Assembly (NCBI GenBank): GCA_963842945.1 | Contig: CAWJIM010000003.1 | Coordinates: forward strand, 129,103 to 193,102 | Source of the DNA: an uncultured Gemmatimonadales bacterium | Lineage (GTDB): Bacteria; Gemmatimonadota; Gemmatimonadetes; Gemmatimonadales; GWC2-71-9 | Length of the DNA: 64,000 nucleotides | Direction: 5' to 3' | In this document: one piece after another, positions 59,636 to 64,000 of the stretch | Layout: each line of letters begins with the position of its first letter | How positions within the stretch are numbered: position 1 is the first letter of the stretch | The notes under the pieces: generated by a model | The model's database searches: none | Seen by the model: only the letters and a program-made list of their open reading frames with translations | What the model was told of the DNA's origin: nothing | Made by a program: the position numbers and the translations under genes

Positions 59636-60847
59636 TCAAGGTTGACGACGTAGCGGCTGCGGCCGGGCATAGGTCAGCGTTCGCCAGAGCCATTCCAGCG
59701 GACCGAACCGGAACCGTGACAGCCATGCGCTGCTGAATGCCGCCTCGACGGCAAAGAGGAGCACGGCGGCCAGGACGTAGGCGGCGGGTCTGAGCCTCAG
59801 CTTCCAGCCGTACGCGGAGGCGAGCGCGTCGAGCACGACGATCTGGAACATGTAATTGCTGAGGGCCATTCGGCCGGTGCAACCGACAATGCGCAAGCGC
59901 TCGATCCAGACCGGCCGCCAGGCCAACAGCAGCACCACCGCGCCGATGTAGGTCAGACAGAGCCACTGATCCAGGAGCAGCCCCAATCCCTCCGACAGCG
60001 GTCCTGCCGTGCCGGGGATCGGCAGCTCGGGAAGGTCCCGGAGCAGGAGCCAGTGGGCCGCCCAGGCGACAGCGCCGAAGGCCATGAATGCCGCGATGAT
60101 CCGGCGGTGACGCAGAGGCTCATCGAGGACGCGGTGGCGGACGGCCAGGAGACCGATGCAGAAGAGCGCCAGATTGGTGTCGGGAAGGAGATCGCGCCAG
60201 CCGGACGGAAGTTCGCCCAGGAAGAGCGCCCAGCGGGCCGACAACAGCGTGAGATAATCGGCATTCTGCGCCGCGGTCTCGGCAGCCTGGCGAAGCGGAT
60301 TGGCGAGCGGAGGAGACCACGTGGCGTCGGTCCACCAGGTGTAGAGCGCGGTCAGCTCGGCCGCCACAGGGCGGGCCGCTGCCGCGACCACTGCGGTAGC
60401 CAACAACGCCGGCGTGGACCAGCGTCGGATGACAAGGAGGACGAGACCCCACGCGGCGTAGGAGAGGAGGATACTGAACCCAAAGCCTACCTGGGCGATC
60501 ACGCCGAACACCGCGAGCGTGGCCAGCCGGCGGAGGTAGATGGCGACGACCGGCGCGTTGCGCGCTTCCAGCCGCCGCAGGAGCACGGCGAAGCCAACGC
60601 CGAAAAGGAAGGCAAAAATCCCCCAGGCCTTCTGCTCGACCAGGATCCACACGCCCCAGCCGATCAGATCCTCCAGCCCGGTGACCTCGATACGCATCTT
60701 CTGGTGGAAGTGCACCAGGATCATCCCGAACAGGGCAAGCCCGCGCAGGATGTCGAGGGTGTGCAGGCGATGGTCGCTGTCCACCGGGGAGAGCTGCGGC
60801 GAGGACAACACCGTGGGGGGAGGCAGCGGAAGCGCCTGGTTGGTCAT
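59636..60847 (-). CDS. DUF418 membrane protein
   Basis: LDILRGLALFG, FAFLFGVGF, GRMALSNY.FQ and GPLEWLWR motifs. Confidence 0.9.
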   Translation of the reverse strand: MTNQALPLPPPTVLSSPQLSPVDSDHRLHTLDILRGLALFGMILVHFHQKMRIEVTGLEDLIGWGVWILVEQKAWGIFAFLFGVGFAVLLRRLEARNAPVVAIYLRRLATLAVFGVIAQVGFGFSILLSYAAWGLVLLVIRRWSTPALLATAVVAAAARPVAAELTALYTWWTDATWSPPLANPLRQAAETAAQNADYLTLLSARWALFLGELPSGWRDLLPDTNLALFCIGLLAVRHRVLDEPLRHRRIIAAFMAFGAVAWAAHWLLLRDLPELPIPGTAGPLSEGLGLLLDQWLCLTYIGAVVLLLAWRPVWIERLRIVGCTGRMALSNYMFQIVVLDALASAYGWKLRLRPAAYVLAAVLLFAVEAAFSSAWLSRFRFGPLEWLWRTLTYARPQPLRRQP

Positions 60848-60954
60848 AGCTCGCCGGTGTGAAGGCTCGGCGAATATGCAGTGCTGCGCGCTGGGCGTCC
60901 ACTTAGCCTGGTCGGCCCGTCACAAAGGCGGACCTAACCGTTAGGGGAATGCCG

Positions 60955-62041
60955 TCACCCGCGTGATGCCGCGAGCTTCCCCTCCACCTGCATCGACTCT
61001 TCTTTAACCAGCTGCCTTACCCGCGGGATCACCTCACGGCCGTACAGCTCGATGCTCCGCAGCATGATCTCGTGGCCCAGTGTGCCGGCGCTGTATTTGA
61101 GATCGAAGCGGGCGGCGCCCATGGCGCGCACCGTGGCCGCGATCTTCCGGGCGACGGTCTCGGGCGAGCCCACGTACAGCGAGCCGGCCGCGATCTCGTG
61201 GTCGAACTCCGCGCGGCTGGTCGGTCCCCACCCCCGCTCGGCGCCGATCCGGTTCCGCATCACCTGATACGCCGGCCACAGCTCCTCCCCCGCCTGAGCA
61301 TCGGTCTCCGCGACATGACCCGGCGAATGGACGCCGACCGGCAGTGGACCGTGGGCGAGCTGGGCCAGGGACCGGTGGTACAGCTCGACGTAAGGCTTGA
61401 ACCGGCGCGGATCGCCGCCGATGATGGCAAGCGTCAAGCGGAAAGCCGTAGCGCGCGGCCCGCACCACCGACTGAGGGCTGCCGCCGACGCCGACCCAGG
61501 CGCTGAGCGGCGGGTTCTCCACCGGCGGGAAGACCCGGATGCCGTCGAGCGGCGGACGAACCGTTCCCTTCCATTTTACCGGCTGGCCGGTGCGATCGGC
61601 GTCCCGGAGCGCGGCGAAGATCGCCAGCTTCTCCTCGAACAGGACCTCGTAGTCGTCCAGCGAGTAGCCGAACAGGGGGAACGACTCGGTGAACGAGCCG
61701 CGGCCGAGAATGACCTCGGCTCGCCCGTTGGAGACGGCGTTCAGGGTGCTGAAGCGCTGGTACACCCGAATCGGGTCATCAGAGCTGAGGACGGTGACGG
61801 CGGTCCCGAGTTTCAAACGCTCGGTACGGCCGGCGATGGCCGCGAGCAGCACCTCTGGGGCGCTGATCGCGAAATCAGGGCGATGGTGCTCGCCCACGCC
61901 GAAGAAGTCCACGCCGAGCCGGTCGGCCAGCTCGGCTTCGGCGATGACGTCCCGGAGGACGCGCGCGTGGGGCAGGAGACGGCCTTCGGCGTCCGCGGTG
62001 ACGTCGCCGAAGGTATCCAGGCCCAGTTCGATGGTTGTCAT
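60955..62041 (-). CDS. LLM-class flavin-dependent oxidoreductase; apparent +1 frameshift near 61438
   Basis: GVGEHHR.DF, VLSSDDP.RV and GRGSFTESFPLFG; LAIIGG...GSPETVA.KI in the next frame. Confidence 0.88.
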
Positions 62042-62081
62042 ACTGGGTTAACGGGCGGGTGGTAGTCTGGGTTCCCGTGGT

Positions 62082-62160
62082 GTCGCGAGTCACGAGACGC
62101 GAGTCACGGGTCGCGAGTCACGGGTCGCGAGTCATGAGTCGGGAGTCGGGAGTCGGGAGT
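62082..62160. repeat. Degenerate 7-bp tandem repeats (GAGTCRS/GGGTCGC units)
   Basis: gtcgcgagtcacgagacgcgagtcacgggtcgcgagtcacgggtcgcgagtcatgagtcgggagtcgggagtcgggag. Confidence 0.8.
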
Positions 62161-63994
62161 TGATGTAGGCGTCGACGTTCTTGGCGAGGACGTCGAGCGG
62201 GACGTTGCCGCCGAGCACCACGGCATCGTTGAACGACTTGAGATCGTATCGCGGTCCCAGCGCGGCGATCGCTCTCTGGCGCTGCCGGTTGATCTCGCTG
62301 TGGCCCACCTTGTACCCGCACGCCTGTCCCGGCCAGGAGCAGTAGCGGTCGACCTCGCTGGCGACTTCCAGCGGGTTCGATCCGTTCAGGTCAACGAAGA
62401 ACTGCACGCCCTGCTCGCGGGTCCAGCGCTTGGCGTGAATGCCGGTGTCGACCACCAGCCGGCAGGCCCGAAAGGCGAGCGACTGCAGATATCCCAGACG
62501 CCCGACCGGGTCTCCCTGATACGCACCAAGTTCATCGGCGAGCTGCTCGGCATACAGCGCCCATCCTTCGGAGTACGCGTTGAAGGAGAGCAGCTGGCGA
62601 ATCAGTGGCATCTGATGGGTGTATTCGCCCTGCCAGATGTGGCCGGGGATCGCCTCATGAAAGGTCAGGTCGGCCAGGCTGTACTTGCTGTGAAGATCGG
62701 TGGTTCTGAGGTTGATCCAGAACCGTCCCGGAATCTTGCCGTCGATCGACCCGGCGCCGCCGTACGCCCCGGGAGCCCCGGGCTCTTCTTCGGGCGGCAG
62801 CCGTCTCACCTCCATGTTCGGCTTCACCAGCGTGTTGAACGCGCGCGGCATCTGCGCCCGGATCCAGTCGAGGCGACCCTTGATGAACTCCATGATCTCG
62901 GCTCGGCCCTTGTCGCCCTCGGGGAACTTGTAGCGGGGATCCCCGGCCAGCTGGATCATCCGCTTCCCGACGGTGCCCTGGGAATAGCCGATCTGCTTGA
63001 GGAGCGGGTCCATCTGCGCGTGGAGACGCTGCAGCTCGCTTCGGCCCATCTCGTGGACTTCGTCGGGCGACATTTTGGTCGTGGTCGACGCCTCGAGGGC
63101 CCAGCGGTAGAACTCCTCTCCCCGCGGGCGAGCCCAGATGCCGGGGTCGTTCGTTGCCGCCCCCCGCTCCGCCTGAAGCTCCTGGATCTGCCGCTCGAGA
63201 GCCGGGGCCACCTCCTTTGCCGCTATCGTCCGGGCTCGCTCGGCCCAGTTGCCCGGGATCTTTTTCGTCCGCCGATCGATCGACTCCACCAGCGACCCGC
63301 CCTGGCGCGCATTCTTCGCAGACAGGCTCAGCTGCTCCAGTGCTTTGTTGATCAGGAACGCGGGTGGCACCAGACCCAGCCCGCGCGCCGCCTGCATCCG
63401 CCCGAGCTCTCCGTCGAGCTGCCTGGCGTAGGACTGGAGCCGGGCGAGGTAGGCGTCGGCGTCGGCGGCGTTCTCGATCGGGTGATCGCTGTCGAGGAAG
63501 CGGGGGACGTCGAGATAGGCACCGACGTTCTGGATGACGACATACGGCGTGTTGCGCCAGCCACCCACAGTGGTATCGCCGTAGGAAAAGCCAAACCCCT
63601 CGAGCGCTCTGCCGTAGGCACTCTGAACCACCTCGAGGCTGGTGCGGACCGCCGGCGGGAGGCCGGACAGGGTGAGGGCTTTGACCCGCTCCAGGTCGGC
63701 GCGGACCTGCCCGGCCACGCGCTGCCGGCCGTCAGCGGAACGATCGGAGAGCTGAGATCGAAGCGCGGCCCTCCGGCCGGTGTCGATGCCCAGAGAGGTT
63801 GCGCCTTCGGGAAACAGCGCAAGCAGATTCTCGGCGACCTGGTCGAGCAACGCGCGGGCCTCGGCGTCGGTGGTTGCGGTTTTTGCCGGTGCACGTTCGC
63901 GGCTGCAGGCGGCTATGAGCGGCAGGGCCGCGGTGGAAGCCAGGGCGGCGATCAGCTCACGACGAGTAAGGCGACTAAATAGTGGATTCGACAA
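62132..63994 (-). CDS. DUF885 family Tat-exported lipoprotein
   Basis: TRRELI Tat motif, IAAC lipobox, HEAIPGH, EGWALYAE, RACRLVVDTGIH and PGQACGYKVG motifs. Confidence 0.9.
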   Translation of the reverse strand: MSNPLFSRLTRRELIAALASTAALPLIAACSRERAPAKTATTDAEARALLDQVAENLLALFPEGATSLGIDTGRRAALRSQLSDRSADGRQRVAGQVRADLERVKALTLSGLPPAVRTSLEVVQSAYGRALEGFGFSYGDTTVGGWRNTPYVVIQNVGAYLDVPRFLDSDHPIENAADADAYLARLQSYARQLDGELGRMQAARGLGLVPPAFLINKALEQLSLSAKNARQGGSLVESIDRRTKKIPGNWAERARTIAAKEVAPALERQIQELQAERGAATNDPGIWARPRGEEFYRWALEASTTTKMSPDEVHEMGRSELQRLHAQMDPLLKQIGYSQGTVGKRMIQLAGDPRYKFPEGDKGRAEIMEFIKGRLDWIRAQMPRAFNTLVKPNMEVRRLPPEEEPGAPGAYGGAGSIDGKIPGRFWINLRTTDLHSKYSLADLTFHEAIPGHIWQGEYTHQMPLIRQLLSFNAYSEGWALYAEQLADELGAYQGDPVGRLGYLQSLAFRACRLVVDTGIHAKRWTREQGVQFFVDLNGSNPLEVASEVDRYCSWPGQACGYKVGHSEINRQRQRAIAALGPRYDLKSFNDAVVLGGNVPLDVLAKNVDAYINSRLPTPDS

Positions 63995-64000
63995 GCTTCG

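Noticed and set aside
62082..62160. CRISPR or transposon end
   Set aside because: A 7-bp degenerate tandem repeat with no spacers and no adjacent transposase

Overview
High-GC bacterial DNA. A Gemmatimonadota-like soil bacterium is suggested by gene content and short-period intergenic repeats, but this is inference only. Bases 1-20 kb hold a large tetrahydromethanopterin/methanofuran (H4MPT/MFR) C1-oxidation and cofactor-biosynthesis cluster (fhcA/D/C, mch, orf5/7/9/17/19/20/21/22 homologues, pabAB, mptG). It carries several non-standard members: a tandem-EthD lipoprotein, a CExxHGH PTPS, a pteridine-reductase-like SDR and a GGDEF-EAL sensor. A lanthanide-type PQQ methanol dehydrogenase operon follows (xoxF-xoxJ-cytochrome c-DUF3280/pentapeptide fusion-YVTN lipoprotein). 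It ends in two translationally coupled, secreted, Cys-rich paralogues with a JAMM/MPN+-like E...HxH...SxxD motif, the best candidate here for an undescribed system. The remainder is mostly housekeeping or accessory genes. It contains three elements the ORF track misses: a SelW/Rdx selenoprotein (CxxU with a SECIS-like hairpin), a leaderless YWFFF attenuator ahead of a PheA-DAHP synthase fusion, and a c-di-GMP-I-like riboswitch ahead of an epoxide hydrolase. About nine genes have apparent +1 frameshifts, most likely assembly errors. No CRISPR array, rRNA, tRNA or transposase was seen.
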